Notes under the pieces: generated by a model
Told to the model about the DNA's origin: nothing
What the model saw: only the letters and a program-made list of their open reading frames with translations
The model's database searches: none
Translations under genes and position numbers: made by a program
Shown here: positions 12,490-25,777 of the stretch, piece by piece
Position numbering within the stretch: position 1 is the first letter of the stretch
Layout: each line of letters starts with the position of its first letter
Assembly (NCBI RefSeq): GCF_036588685.1
Contig: NC_086380.1
Location: 13,392,001-13,456,000 of the forward strand
Source: Mytilus trossulus
Lineage: Eukaryota
DNA: 64,000 bases
Direction: 5' to 3'

Positions 12490-12762
12490 AGTTGGTTACT
12501 TATTCCTTTTTCGTTACTTATTCCCTATTCGTTACCTATTCCTTACTCATTCCCTATTCCCTATTCGTTACCTATTCGTTACTTATTCCCTATTCCCTAT
12601 CCGTTACCTATTCGTTACGTATTCCCTATTCCCTGTTCGTTACTTTTTCGTTATTACCTATTCGTTACGAATTCCCTATTACCTGTTCGTTACTTTTTCG
12701 TTATTACCTATTCGTTGCCTATTCGTTACTTATTACTTATTCCTTATTCGTTACTTATTCGA
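12490..12762. repeat. Low-complexity minisatellite of TATTCGTTACC / TATTCCC units
   Basis: Visible 7- and 11-bp units. It explains three overlapping spurious ORFs. Confidence 0.9.
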
Positions 12763-13216
12763 TTTTTGATATCCTTCCCCCTTTTTAATTGTGTACATTC
12801 TTATCTCTGGTTATAGTTCTAAATTTGTTGAGGTAAAATTACCTTTTAATGACCTCTTTATATGTGTTTGTGCTCAACCGATCCTGTTGCTTTATGTTCG
12901 ATACTTATTTGTTTCTTATATTGTTTTTATACGCTCTACCTTTTAAATGTTTTATATTCGTATGTTTGAAGATCTGGTTCTCGGTTCCAAGAGGTAAAAT
13001 CACCTTTTACCGCTTGTATAAAAATGAAGATGTGGTATGATCGACAATGAGAAAACTCCCCCACAACAGACCAAAATGACACAGAAATTAACAACCATAG
13101 GTCAGGATACGGTCTTCAACAATAAGCAAAGCCCATACCGCATGATCAGCCATAAAACATGTTAGCGGGGTGTACATGCACATCGTGTCGGAGCTTGACT
13201 AATACCTTGTTTATAA

Positions 13217-13535
13217 CACGCGTATTATACGTTGCACCTTTTAGAAAATGATTTTCAATTGTGTTCTTGTCTCTGGCGGTAACTATGTGTTCTGAGAGAT
13301 AGCATAACCCTATTACCGCGTATGTACCCGTTCCAGCGCTCGGTTAATAACCTGTTACTTATTCGTTCCTTATTCGCTTTTAATACGCGGGGTATATGTT
13401 GCACCTTGAAATAAATCGATTTTGAATTAGGTGCATGTCTCTGGTGGTAACTATGTGTTCTGAGAGGTGAAATAACCCGATTAGCGCGTATGTACCCGTT
13501 CCAGCGCTCGGTTAATGCCCTGTTACTTATTCGTT
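13217..13535. repeat. Two diverged tandem copies of a ~168-bp unit inside the foldback element
   Basis: GCGTATGTACCCGTTCCAGCGCTCGGTTAAT occurs near 13318 and 13486. Confidence 0.85.
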
Positions 13536-14702
13536 GGGAGACTTTTGAAAAGGGACCCATGCTTTAATAGTATAAGCAAATATTCCAGAAACACTGTTTT
13601 TTATTATTTTAATTATAGGCAACAAACTTTCATATAAATGCAATTTAAATAAAACGGTGTAAAGTCTTGAGATTAATTACGTATGTTGGTCGAACGAACC
13701 GCACTTCATTACAATTGTGATATACAAACTAGTTTAAGAACGCAGTTTTCATTGGTTAAAACAAAAAGACAAACGAATGTTTATTTACGCGTATAATTTT
13801 TATAATGATTTCATACGCGTATAGTAACGCGTATATTTATGCAATTAACGCGTATATAAACGCGTATATAATGATTGCATACGCGTATATTAACTCGTAT
13901 ATGATAAATAAATTGGATTTAAGTATAAACGTGTTTATTTTAACAATATACGCGTATAAAACTACAATATACGCGTTGAAAACCACAATATACGCGTTGA
14001 AACCCACAATATACGCGTATATTTACGCGTATAAAATCATATACGCGTATATAATCACGCAAATGACATGAACGGCCACTCATACATAGAAACCACGATA
14101 AGAACTGCAATATATAAAATTAGTTATAATCAAATAGAAAATGAATAATTATCTAAAATGAAATAAAAAACATATATGGTAATTTGTCAATAAATAGGTA
14201 AAATATTAATTACAGAACAAAAGAATTTCATATCCGAGACAGAGGGAATTAAATATTGTCAAGAGATAAAGAAACTAAAAAGAAAAGAGCAAAAAAATAA
14301 AAGTTACAATAAATATAAAGAAAAATACAACACAAGCCAAATCAGAAGTCCGAAAAGTTCATTTGCTTGCGTATCTACCAGTAGCAAATATTTCATACAT
14401 ATTCAAGACTTTGAAGTATCCATATCGATCAAAAATGATTACAATCAAAACGAACAAAGTATACTCGATTACCGACGTAAAACGTCAAATTTTGACGTTA
14501 CCAATTGGGACACAATATCGTGCGTAACGTCAGTGTACAAAGAAAAGGACAGAAACAAATACAGCAACATACGACAACCATATAGTTATAGGCTCCTGAC
14601 TAGAGTTTTTTTACTCCAAAAACTGAATCTGAAATTGAACCAAAAATGTTCGTTGTTGTATTGGCGTAGCTATGATGATTCTGCTATTTATAGTAATTGG
14701 AT

Positions 14703-15314
14703 AATGAAATGTTAAAAAGATTCGGGAACTTTTACCCTGAGCGATAGCGAAGGTTAAAATATCGGCATAAAGGGACAACCCGTGGTAAAATCTAGATATA
14801 TTCAAGCCCCCATGAATTATTTCGATTCTAATAGGACAATTATGGCATTTGTTTTTGGATCAAAGCGCTCTAGGTAGATGCCATTATTTGCCGTTCCCAT
14901 AAATTAACGCACTTTTAGATTGGCGTAAAAGAACAGAGCAAACAGGATATGTGACATGCTCAAACTATTCACAGAACTTATTTAGATAGATTTGGATGAA
15001 TTTTAATGATAACTTACTTATATGTCTTCTATGTATATAAAAAAATGGGCTTATACCACATTTTAGCATCGTTTGTTTACGTTTCCTTCTTGTGATGATT
15101 TTCGGTATTAAAAGCGTGTATTTTTCCGTAAAATGCTAAAATTATAACGTCACCATTCTATGACGTCGGGTACTTCATTCATAAAAAAAACATATGACGT
15201 GGGAGTACGATCGGAACAGCCAATGCAATATATTCATATTTTACCACGGGTGTGTACTGAAAGCGTTTGAAGGACGTCATGTTAGAATGAAATGTTAAAA
15301 AGATTCGGGAACTT
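14703..15314. mobile_element. 612-bp element bounded by 29-bp direct repeats, with an internal 14-bp inverted pair
   Basis: AATGAAATGTTAAAAAGATTCGGGAACTT at 14703 and 15286. ACCCGTGGTAAAAT (14778) and ATTTTACCACGGGT (15238). Confidence 0.7.
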
Positions 15315-15780
15315 AAAAATAGCTTTAAAGGTTTCAATTTGTTTGGCACAAGATGCACATTTCCAACTGATGATCTGAACCAAAATATTGAAAATACAAA
15401 GCTTTAAAAAAAAATTGAAGAGCTTGTAAAGGACAACAAGTATAGCCAATGTCGGACAAGGAATCAAACTTTTGCATGAGGGAGATATATTTCTTAATAA
15501 AAAATAATTTCTAATTGCAAAATAAAAAACATTACAAATTCCACCACACTCTTGCGTTCTCGTTGGCAGTTTTATTTCATTGTTTCATTTGCCTTTTCAA
15601 AATATAAAGAACATTGTTCGTAAACCAAAATAATAAAAAAACAAGTAACTTCATTGCTGGATTTCAACTGTATAGAACGTTTTTAACCAATCAACATGTT
15701 TGGATTAACTCTTTTGAAAATATTACCCAGAATGCATTAAATTTTGAAACGGTGAATTATGGTCTATTCCTGACATTACA

Positions 15781-17771
15781 TCATATACTACCACTTGAAC
15801 GACTACACATTGAAAGCAAGCAGATGTATCGTGTAAATCCTTCTTGACCTTCATCTACAGGAAGCTTGTAAAGTGCTAATGACGTTTCTATGTAGTTATG
15901 TCTTACTGGAATCTCAATGCAGTTTATTACATACTTGTAATCAAATTGTGCAACAACGGTAGTGTTCTGGAATGTGTATTGGAATGATTTATATTTCTGC
16001 CACTTAAAACATCTTGTCATAAATTTCCTGACAGAAACCAGCATTATTTGATAATCTCACTTAGTTAATTTCGCGAGAGAAAATGGAAAACTTTGATTAG
16101 GAATATTAACGCTAGAACTAATACTTTAAATACCAATGTTAAATCAGCACCGTGGGTTTGTTGTTAGAAACTTGTAACAATTGCTGTGACTCTGTGGTAT
16201 ATTCGCTTAATCATTCCTATATGTTGATTTAAGATAACTAAATAATGTGTTGAAGAAGTGTTTCATTTAATCCAAATTTACGCTTATTACTTCATAAATG
16301 AACGACCTTTGATTACCGTTCGTTTTAATCTAAACATACATATGCTGCATGGAATTTTCTCATTGTTGGAGACTGAACTATTAACCTCGGACTATTTGCA
16401 AACGTAACTGCAAAACACGCCATCTTAAGTAAATACGGCAAATTAAAAAAAAAGAAATAAATAAAAAAACTCCAGACATTATATTTGCCAAAAAATAGCT
16501 TTCTTAATATTTTTTTATCTTTAAAACATTCGTGGACTTTACGGAAAATTGGACGAAAGCTCCTTCTGTCTAATTTTCCTAAAATACTATAATCGAACTT
16601 ATTGATGTGTACACAATTTGAACACTCTAGACTGTAAATTTTAACTGCAATATTCTAATACGCTAGACATTTTGCTCTTGCTTTCTTTCTGTCTAATTTT
16701 CGTAAAAGTTTGACAAATAAGTTAATAATGTCTAAACAAAAACAACTATATTCATATAGGTTGAGCCTAAATTAAGGCGAAACAGAAGACGCCGATGACG
16801 GAATATAGGACCGTTATCATGGTTATGTCACAAATTCTCGACTTTCGTTTCAGGTGCGACAAAAAACCTTACTACTCAAATAAATGTAAGAAAATACGTC
16901 ATTTAGTCAACACATAGCAAGTCAGAGAACAAATGGTCCAATGAAAAGAAGTTTTAGCTTGTAACACACACAAAAACACAAAAACAAGGAAGTGTGATAA
17001 CAATTTGTTTACGATATGTCACATGAAAAAGAACAATGTATTATAGTTTTATTTTTCACTTTCATCAGCATTTCCTTCTTGTTAGAAAAATAAGTCGGTC
17101 ATGCAGCGAACAATTTTAAAGCTTTCAACTCTGACATTCTGTTAGTATACAACACAGTAATATACTAGAGGTCGGTAATTTTCTCTTTATATGTTATGGA
17201 ATAAAATAAATTCTCTATTTCCAATAGCTGTCATTTTTAACGCGTTTTCAACGGTAGTTTGATTTGTTGTTATGTAAAAATCAATTTATCTAAATTGAGA
17301 TCAAAACTCTGCCATATACCGTTATAATATGATTCTGTATACAATACTATAAAATATAACAGCACTGTCATAAAATAGAGCATCAATGTCAGTCTTTGAT
17401 TTAAGAAATGATAACTTCGAAATTTATAACTGGGAAAATATGAGATACCAAAACCACAACCAACGCCTTGCGCATATTTTGTTCAGTTTCACTTACAGCA
17501 GACACATTATGTGGTAAATTGAACCGTCTAAAGAATGCGTCGTATATTTAAGTAAAACACACACAAAATACTCTACACAATTCAGCTTCAAATGTGATGA
17601 AATTTTACTTAAAAAAGAAGAAAAGCACACACAAGAAGTATTATAGATTAAGAAAAACACTATTAAATTGTCCAACTTCAGGGGCATCGTCGTAAATATT
17701 CGAAAATCACCACTTATCATTACGTTGATTTGAAATACGGCCGTAGGTACTGGCAAAAAAGGGACAACCAT
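15781..17771 (-). CDS. Candidate two-coding-exon orphan gene (17771-17497 joined to 16027-15781), 173 aa, function unknown
   Basis: CAG|ATG at 17771, CT|GTAAGT donor at 17496 and TCTGTCAG|G acceptor at 16028 are phase-compatible, giving 522 nt in frame. AATAAA at 15576-15571. No recognisable domain. Confidence 0.35.
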
Positions 17772-18672
17772 CTGTAATAAGTTCTCTGGAAGGGTTTAAA
17801 GATCCTATTTCACATGTGGCACTTGTAAATTCAATGCATATACATTTTCAACTTGTTAAAATCAACTGTGCTATACTTAAGATACATATCTCTGTTCAGT
17901 TATGATTTTGTTGAGGGTCTATCGCATTGATGTAAATCTAAAATTGATTTTTTTAAATTCATACAGAATTGTTTTGATTTATGATAGCAAATGCCTATTG
18001 TAATAGATTATACTAAAGGTAAATAAACCCCAACATGAAGGTTTAAGTCAGGTCATACAACTATTGTGGTATATTTGTAATTTGTTGTGATTGGAAAATA
18101 AAAGCGTTCATGCAAACATCACAATCTTTTTATTCTTTCAATTTTATATAACAAATGCCATTAAAATTAAGAACAGAAAGTTCGTGCATATAAGTGCAAA
18201 AGATTGCACCATCTTCATGTTAAAGAATGGCATGTCCTTGTATATAATTCTTTCCTTATTAACTAATGCTTAATTTAATTTCCTTGCTTATGCGCTTTGA
18301 GCACGATTGCTTTTAACACGATATATATGAATTGATTAAGTTTTTATTCTGTTAAGATGAAAGAAATGTTTTTGATGTGAAGTAACCGGAAGAAGTCGCG
18401 TTACTTCATTGTTTTTGCAGTACGACCGCATGACAAAACGATAGATGTCATATTTGAGTTACAGTCATCAAAGCTGTGAATTTACGATAAAAATATGTAA
18501 AATATTATACTCAAGGACAAACCCTCAAGGTCATACTACTTTTTTCATAAATGTTTTACTTGTAGTGTGTTTGTTCCTGTTTCAAGACCATTCAATCATT
18601 GATACCAACATTATAATAGTTTTTATATTTTCAATTTAATATTAAAGATGGCCACTAGAATTCAGTAAAAAA

Positions 18673-19544
18673 TTTCACTGCTATGCAGATGACACACAGG
18701 TCTACATGACAATCAAACCGCTCGATGACTGGAACAACTACGTTAAAAGACTTGAATTGTGTTTGGAAGAAATTGGCATTTGGATGTCAAACAATCTGTT
18801 GAAACTAAACCAGGATAAAACGGAACTGATCGTCTTTTCATCGAAACATCAGTCGAAGAACATGCCTGTTTTCCAACTTAAAGTAGGTGAAAATGTCATC
18901 AATAGTGTCACATCGGTACGTAATCTTGGTGTTTATTTTGACAGCCGTCTTACCATGGAAAAACAAGTTGCGTCTATCGTAAAATCGTGTAATTACCATC
19001 TGTGCAACATTGGACGAATCCGACATTTCATCTCTACGGATGCTTGTAAAACTCTGGTTAATTCCCTTGTAACTTCCAAACTTGACTACGCAAATAGTCT
19101 ACTCTTCGGCGTTAACAAGTGTCAAATTGAAAGGTTACAGAGAGTTCAGAACACTGGAGCCCGTCTTGTTACGAAAACTAGGAAAAGAGAACACATTACA
19201 CCTATTCTCGCTGGACTGCTCTGGCTCCCTGTTGAATTCCGGCCAAAGTTCAAAATCCTTGTCTATACGTACACGGCACTGCAAGGAACTGCACCGGACT
19301 ATATACAGGAACTATTACATCTCCAAACAACAACTAGGGCACTACGATCAGAGGGCAGCCTTAGACTCGAACTGCCACATGTCACCGAACAAAAACATAC
19401 GGTGAAAGACAATTTAATCATGCTGCCGTTACCCTATGGAACAATCTACCTGTACAAATTCGTCACTCTAAATCTGTTCAGTGTTTTAAAAAACAATTGA
19501 AGACATATTTGTACAGACTTGCGTTTAATAAGCTGTTATCTTAA
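18673..19544 (+). pseudogene. LINE ORF2 reverse transcriptase fragment with a frameshift near 19385
   Basis: The homologous C-terminus RTKTYGERQFNHAAVTLWNNLP..FKKQLKTYLY continues in another frame to TAA at 19542-19544. Confidence 0.9.
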
Positions 19545-19956
19545 TTCTTATTCTTTTTATTTGAAAATGTGCTGTGATTTTTGCTTTTTGTTTTCTTCGT
19601 ACAATTTTTATTCTAGCAAAAGTTTTCATGACCATTTCAATTATTTATTATAATCTTTCTGCTAAATTTTTAATATATTTTCGCTTTCTATGTTTTAATT
19701 TTAATTTTTTTTTTTTGTACTTATTATTGATTTTAATTCTATAATTTTTCTATCAATATAATTATTTATGTTCATATATCTTTCATATATACGTTTTAAG
19801 TTCTTTTAAACATAACATTTTTTATTCCATTTTGTTTTGTGATTAACTTATTATATTTATTTATTTTATCATGTATATATATATGTAAAGCGCCTTAGAG
19901 TGATTTTATTGTTATATAGGGCGCTATAGAAATTTTTACTATTATTATTATTATTA
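18673..19956 (+). mobile_element. 5'-truncated L2/CR1-group LINE (RT C-terminal half, 3' UTR, (TAT)n tail)
   Basis: FHCYADDTQVY at 18673, then WMSNNLLKLNQDKTE, VRNLGVYFD, LDYANSLL, LQRVQNTGARLV, HITPIL..WLPV. 3' stem AGCGCC..GGCGCT followed by (TAT)n. Confidence 0.95.
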
Positions 19957-20898
19957 AAAGGTTCGTATTATTTTCTTATATTTTCATTCTATCAAGCTTG
20001 TTCAATTTGATGTATTTGTGTATGCGTTTTTAGCACAACTCTTTCTAACAAGATATATTGAATATGAGTGAACGGCAAAGCTAAGACTATATTTGCCATC
20101 TTTGATTATCAGTTACCACAGCCAAATAAAGCAAGCCATATCTCATTATAAAGGATAAACGGGCATTAAAGATTCAACTAATATGTAGAAACCATCCAAT
20201 GTAATTGTAATCTTCTAAACACATACATACGTACGTGTTTCTTTGAACTTTATATAAAGATATAACAAAAATACCGAACACTAATGAAAATTCAAATTTG
20301 GAAGTCCGTTAAATCTGACAAAATCAAACGTAATCAAATAACGAGACATGTGATTTACAACTCATGACAATGATCAGGCATTTTCTAAAGAAAATATGGG
20401 TTTAAAAAAAAAATTATTCTTGTAGCTAGATGAACCACCCGCTTGTTTTAAAGTTGTTTATAGTTCCATTAAGTTCACAAAATTGAGCGAGCAAAGTTAA
20501 ACAGACAGACTTGGCTGATATTACAAAAATTGGGATTCAATAGTTAAAACTGTGTAAACATGCATCATGGACAAACAACACAACTGGCTAAAAATTTCAA
20601 ACAAGCATACAAATAAATTCCACAAAGAAGCCAATAAAGTACAAGTGTAATTGACAGTAAATTTGACACCAACAAAAAAATGCATACAGTTGATAGTAAA
20701 TTGACAAAGACGCTAATAAAAACGTTTTTGAAGTTGATAGTACATTTTACATGCCGTAAATAGTATTTAATTTCTCGATAAAGTACAAATTAAGTAAAAT
20801 ATTTGCATTTCAATCAAAAGAAAGAACATAGAGGAAAAGTAAAGAGAATTAATGACAATTTTAAGTTTTAAGTTTTAAATTACAACAAATAAACTTAC

Positions 20899-21035
20899 CT
20901 TTCACTTAAAATTTGAAGCGACGTTAATAGTTTCACTGTTTACTGCTAATTTATCCTGATCGTTGAGTAGCGATATCATCGGAGTATTGTGATGATTTGA
21001 TCGAGATCAATAGCATGGATCAGATATATTTATAC
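20899..21035 (-). promoter_or_regulatory. Candidate TATA box and non-coding first exon
   Basis: Minus-strand TATAAATATA near 21034-21025 and a consensus AAG|GTAAGT donor at 20899/20898. Confidence 0.3.
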
Positions 21036-21680
21036 CGTGTTGATAACAATATTTTACTCATTAAAGTTAATTTGAACTATATGTTTAACAGATGATCTGG
21101 TATAGTATATCAATAGATTCCATCAATACAATTTACTAGTATTCTTCTTTTACGTTTGAGAAAAATGAATTTTGTTTGAAAAAAGCATCTCAACTCGCCA
21201 CTTGGGACTGCGAACAACACATACGATAATTACGATACGATTCTTTTAATTCTTTTTATTTTTAATATTTTGAAAAGAGGCTTATTTCTTATTTCTAATT
21301 ATCAATATTGTCTATAAAAACTTAGTGCGGAAAGAGTTTTCAACCACCGAACACATCATTGAACTTGACAGATACAATTTACATGGCCTTCAGTAGTTAT
21401 TGGAATTAAATAAACAATTGGTTCTGTTGAAATAACAGAGGTATTTTACTTTACTGTATCATTATATATTATAGCTTTAAGATATTGTTTTCGGATTGTA
21501 AAGAAATTTTAAAACTATGATTACATGTAAATCATATTCAATAGAACTATAAAGGTCGGTTATGGTTCTAAAATATTAACCGTTATTGCCGCTAAACGGT
21601 CATAACAACTCCGAGGCTGTAAGATATAATGCATATCATTGTCACTCTTTAACTTTGTTGAATATTATTAACTTATATTA

Positions 21681-21990
21681 ATAAAATTGAGAATGGAAAT
21701 GGGGAATGTGTCAAAGTGACAACAACCCGACCATAGAAAAAAACATCAGAAGGTCATCAACAGGTCTTCAATATAGCGAGAAATTCCCGCACCCGGGGAC
21801 GTCCTTCAGCTGGCCCCTAAACAAATATATACTAGTTCAGTGACAATGAACGCCATTCTAATTTCCAAATTGTACACAAGAAACTGAAATTAAAATAATA
21901 CAAGACTAACAAAGGCCAGAGGCTCCTGACTTGGGACAGGCGCAAAAATGGGGCGGAGTTAAACTTGTTTGTGAGATCTCAACCCTCCCT
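21681..21990 (+). repeat. Dispersed repeat family B copy (ATAAAATTGAGAATGGAAATGGGGAATGTGTCAAAG..)
   Basis: Other copies at ~32015-32280 (+) and ~44330-44490 (-). Confidence 0.85.
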
Positions 21991-22499
21991 AAGACCGGAT
22001 TCAATTTCGTTAATAGTAAATCTGGCTTGTTTGTACAGTGTCTCATCCTGTCTTTCAAATTTCATCACCCCTCCCATAGAAATCCAATGGTAGTTCCCTA
22101 AATCCGAATTTTTAAGGTTAGTAACTTCTTAAAGTTTCAGTTTGTCATACCATTTGAATGAACTACACTTACGTATAGTGTAAGAGGCGAAATGATGACA
22201 TTTCTTATTTGCTATTGATGTTCCAAGGAATAAGTCATTCGTTTTCTGAGAAAGAAAGAAGAAAGAAAGAATAAGAAGACTAAGAAAAATAGCTACACCA
22301 ACAAAAAAAACCAAAGCATACAACAAAGAAAAATTAAGAACATTGAACGAAGATAGGAGTTGTGGAATGAACATAGTTTTTTTCGTGTTTCAATTTGCTA
22401 ATACCAAAGAATTATGGAATGACATTTATCCTAAAACATTTAATTCTTCCTAAAAGCCCATGCAATTTACCCTTTCCTGAAAACTATCTATACTTGAAT

Positions 22500-24720
22500 T
22501 GACACGTACTGTTGGGTTATTTTTCTCTTTTAAAAGATGCCATTATTTTGTATTTCCATAAAATTTAGTTCATTTGTACTCCCGTTGACGTTGAATTTTT
22601 CATGTTTCTATATTTTCTTGAAATAAGATTTTTTCTACGATAAGTCTAAATAAAATTCTGTCAAAAACAGAAAACGAAGTCTTCTGTATCTTATAAGTTA
22701 GTTATGTTTCTAGAAATATAAGTAATGACTTTTCATTTGACGATAAACTTGCAATGTCATAAATGACTGGTGAAAAATATTTGTTTGTTCTTATGATTGC
22801 ATTTTATTTTTCTTGTCAGATATATAGATTTCCTGTTTTTCGTATTCCATTCAATATTCCTATTCATGTACAATGAATCAAAACTTTGAAGACATGTTCA
22901 GTGACTATAAAAGAACAACGGTTTCATACTTTTACAGTAATAGTTTTTATTTTATTTCAAAGTTAGTAGTGGTATGATTGCCAATGACACAACTATTCAA
23001 GGGAATCTAAAAAAATTGACGAGGGCCGGTTTTCGGCAATTATAGAATACTATTAGGCCTTCAACAATGAGCAACACCCATACTATTTAAGTCAGCTATA
23101 AAAGGATCCGACATGATAAAATATAAAACAATTATAATGAAAAAGTATAACGGTCTTTATATTGATGACAAAACATTGATAACAAACAGCATCAAACAAC
23201 AAACACTGAATTTAAAACTCTCAAATTGTTATAAACGCAATTTTATGAAACATTATTTTAGTTAAAAATTATTGAGTCAAAACAGCAGGAATAATTTTCA
23301 TCATAGATCATCTTACATACGTTTCCAATTTCCATCGTATATAATACGGAATTGAGAATAAGATTGATTGATTGTTGGTTGCTTAACGTCCAGTGGCAAA
23401 TATTTCATGCATATTCAGGACGATTGAGAATAAGACAACTAACCACTGATACCAAAGGAGACTGAATATTTCAAGTTCAACTGCCCAGAGTAGCAGTAAC
23501 TATATAAGCCCGTTGGTTTTCGCGTTTGAATGGTTTAACACTAGTAATTTTGGAGTCATTTATAGCTTATTGTTCGGTGTGAGCCAAGGCTCCGTGTTGA
23601 AGGCCGTACATTGACCTATAGTATAATACTTTTATAAATTGTTATTTGGATGGAGAGTTGTCTCATTGACACTCACACCACATCTTCCTATATCTATGGA
23701 TGGAAAAATATATGTACAACTATTTCTATGAAAAAATTGTAGTATTCTGGCTAGAGCAAAAGAAATAAATTGTGTCACTTCAAACTTTTCGTTAACTTCA
23801 TTCTTTATACCACAGATCTCTCTTAACAATCTGATAATCGATTTAAAATCGCTGATAATTCACTTTTTATGAACAAAACCTTTCTTTAGTTGACAGCCAG
23901 GGTTATTGACCTCGGTTGAAAGTGGCCATCACTTAGTATATTAGTAATACCATTATATTAGTTATACTCCCATTGACGGTTGTAATTTTCGTGTTTTCTG
24001 TATTCTTCCCCAAAATAAGATTTTTGCTATGATAAATCTATATTAAAGCTGTCATATACAGAAAATAAAACCTTCTGTGTTTTATAAGTTAGTTAAGTTG
24101 CGGGAATTATTTCTAATAACTTTACAATTTGACGATAAACTTCCAATGTCAAAAATGACTGGTGAAAAATATTTGTTTGTTCTTATGATTACATTGGATG
24201 TCCTTGTCAGATACTATGGATTTCCACTGGAATTTAATTCAAAATTCTTCTCTTTGTATAATGTATTTAAACTTTAGATAAATTGCTTGGGGACCCTACA
24301 ACGTCACAGGTTTCATAAAGTTATAGTCATTAGAATTTTCTTTTCTATAAATGTATTTTGATAGTCATTTAGCAAAGCAAGCTATTACCGATATAACATT
24401 TGAAACAATTTAAAGGAAAACAAAGCAACCCGACTTTTGACATTAACACGATAACCGATAACTGATATAACAAAAAGCTACCAACATCAATCACCGAATG
24501 ACAGTATTAAGATTGTTGCGACTACCTTTTTAAGAAACTTCGTTTAAAATTAATGAAGTGAAACAGCATGAATAATTCTTTTTTTATTTCCACAAAACTG
24601 TTTGAACTGTACAAAAACTAGAAATTGCAAAAATCCAATAACCTTGATGACAAAAGGACAAAGATATAATTTAGTTCATTTGAACCAATTTCAAATTCAA
24701 CTGCTAGTAGTAGGTAGTTT
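22500..24720. repeat. Diverged local duplication (22500-23500 versus 23900-24720)
   Basis: AAATGACTGGTGAAAAATATTTGTTTGTTCTTATGATT and its flanks occur near 22761 and 24153. Confidence 0.8.
23364..23422 (-). mobile_element. 59-bp 5'-truncated retroposon 3' end with 13-bp TSD
   Basis: ATTGAGAATAAGA at 23351-23363 and 23423-23435. (AATC)n tail on the minus strand. Confidence 0.85.
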
Positions 24721-25307
24721 TTAGTACTATACTTTACAATATGATTATACCACATATGCAAAGCTTTGGTAAAAGATAAATGGTTTTTACAGCAACAAGC
24801 AATAATCTGCAGAAAGACTATAAATCACGTGTTAAATTAGAAGGCACGAGCTTATAATTAAGCCGCAAAGATGAAAGTTATTAATTGATCGCCCTTTATC
24901 TTATCGGAATGGAATGAGGGTTGGTTGTCCAATAAAACTGCTTTGGTGATTTATAAACGAATTAAGGAGTAAATTAATATCATTATTTGAAAGTTGTAAT
25001 AGAGGTTATAAATAATAAGCATATACAAAACACTTTAACAGTGTTTTCCTTCAATAAAAGGCTCTTCATCATAATCATTATAATGGTTTGAAAAATGAAG
25101 AAAAATAGATAAATAATTACAAAAATAATTAAAAACGATAAATTGATTCTTTTTTGTCATATGTTTATTTTCAGTACTCAGTGTAAAAACATATTCAATA
25201 TGTTTTATTGCTTTTATTCTCATCTGTTCTTAATTAAAAGTATACAATTGTTGTTGTCCTATGTCGATAACTGAAAATCATTTAATAAAAAGAAGACAAA
25301 TTATGTA

Positions 25308-25637
25308 AAAGAGGAGCAAAAGATACCAGATGGGACAGTCAAACTCATAGATCGAAAATAAACCTACAACGCCTTGCCTTGAAAATAAATAAACAAATAC
25401 TAGTCCACAAGACATAACATACCACCAACAACTTGGGGTGATCTCATGTGCTCCGGAAGGGTGAGCAGATCCTGCTCCACATGTGACACCCGTCGTGTTG
25501 ATCATGTTATTTCAAACCCAGGAAATAGTCTAATTCGGTAGGTCACATTCGTTGTGAAACGGGAAGTGGATTGTAGTTACGACATAAGGAACATATCCGA
25601 TATCATCTGTGAAACGGTTATTTTATAACGGTCAACC
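25308..25637 (-). repeat. Dispersed repeat family D, sharing the ACGACGGGTG..GCTTACCCTTCCGGAGCAC module with the PLE 3' end at 58935
   Basis: Module also at ~42645-42750 and ~58935-59020. Tail piece at ~6745-6815. Confidence 0.75.
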
Positions 25638-25686
25638 TAACTATACGGATGAGGATGAATAGTTTTAATCAGAATCAAATAATAAG

Positions 25687-25690
<4 letters not shown>

Positions 25691-25774
<84 letters not shown>
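25691..25774. repeat. (CT)n microsatellite, about 42 units
   Basis: Uninterrupted CT run. Confidence 0.99.

Positions 25775-25777
<3 letters not shown>

Larger units (their letters stand above)
11188..14081. mobile_element. 2.9-kb foldback DNA transposon with ~550-570-bp TIRs (Sola-like, non-autonomous)
   Basis: Arms 11188-11756 and 13533-14081 are reverse complements. Termini GAG..CTC, flanks ATAT/ATAC. Arms are rich in ACGCGT with a 21-bp subrepeat. Confidence 0.85.

Noticed and set aside
11069-14071. ORFs 11069-11350, 11198-11569, 12439-12816, 12458-12769, 12480-12788, 13255-13560 and 13805-14071 as genes
   Set aside because: They arise from stop-free repeats in the TIR arms, the minisatellite and the 168-bp dimer.
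18838-19405. ORFs 18838-19026 and 19082-19405
   Set aside because: Antisense and alternate-frame shadows of the LINE RT.
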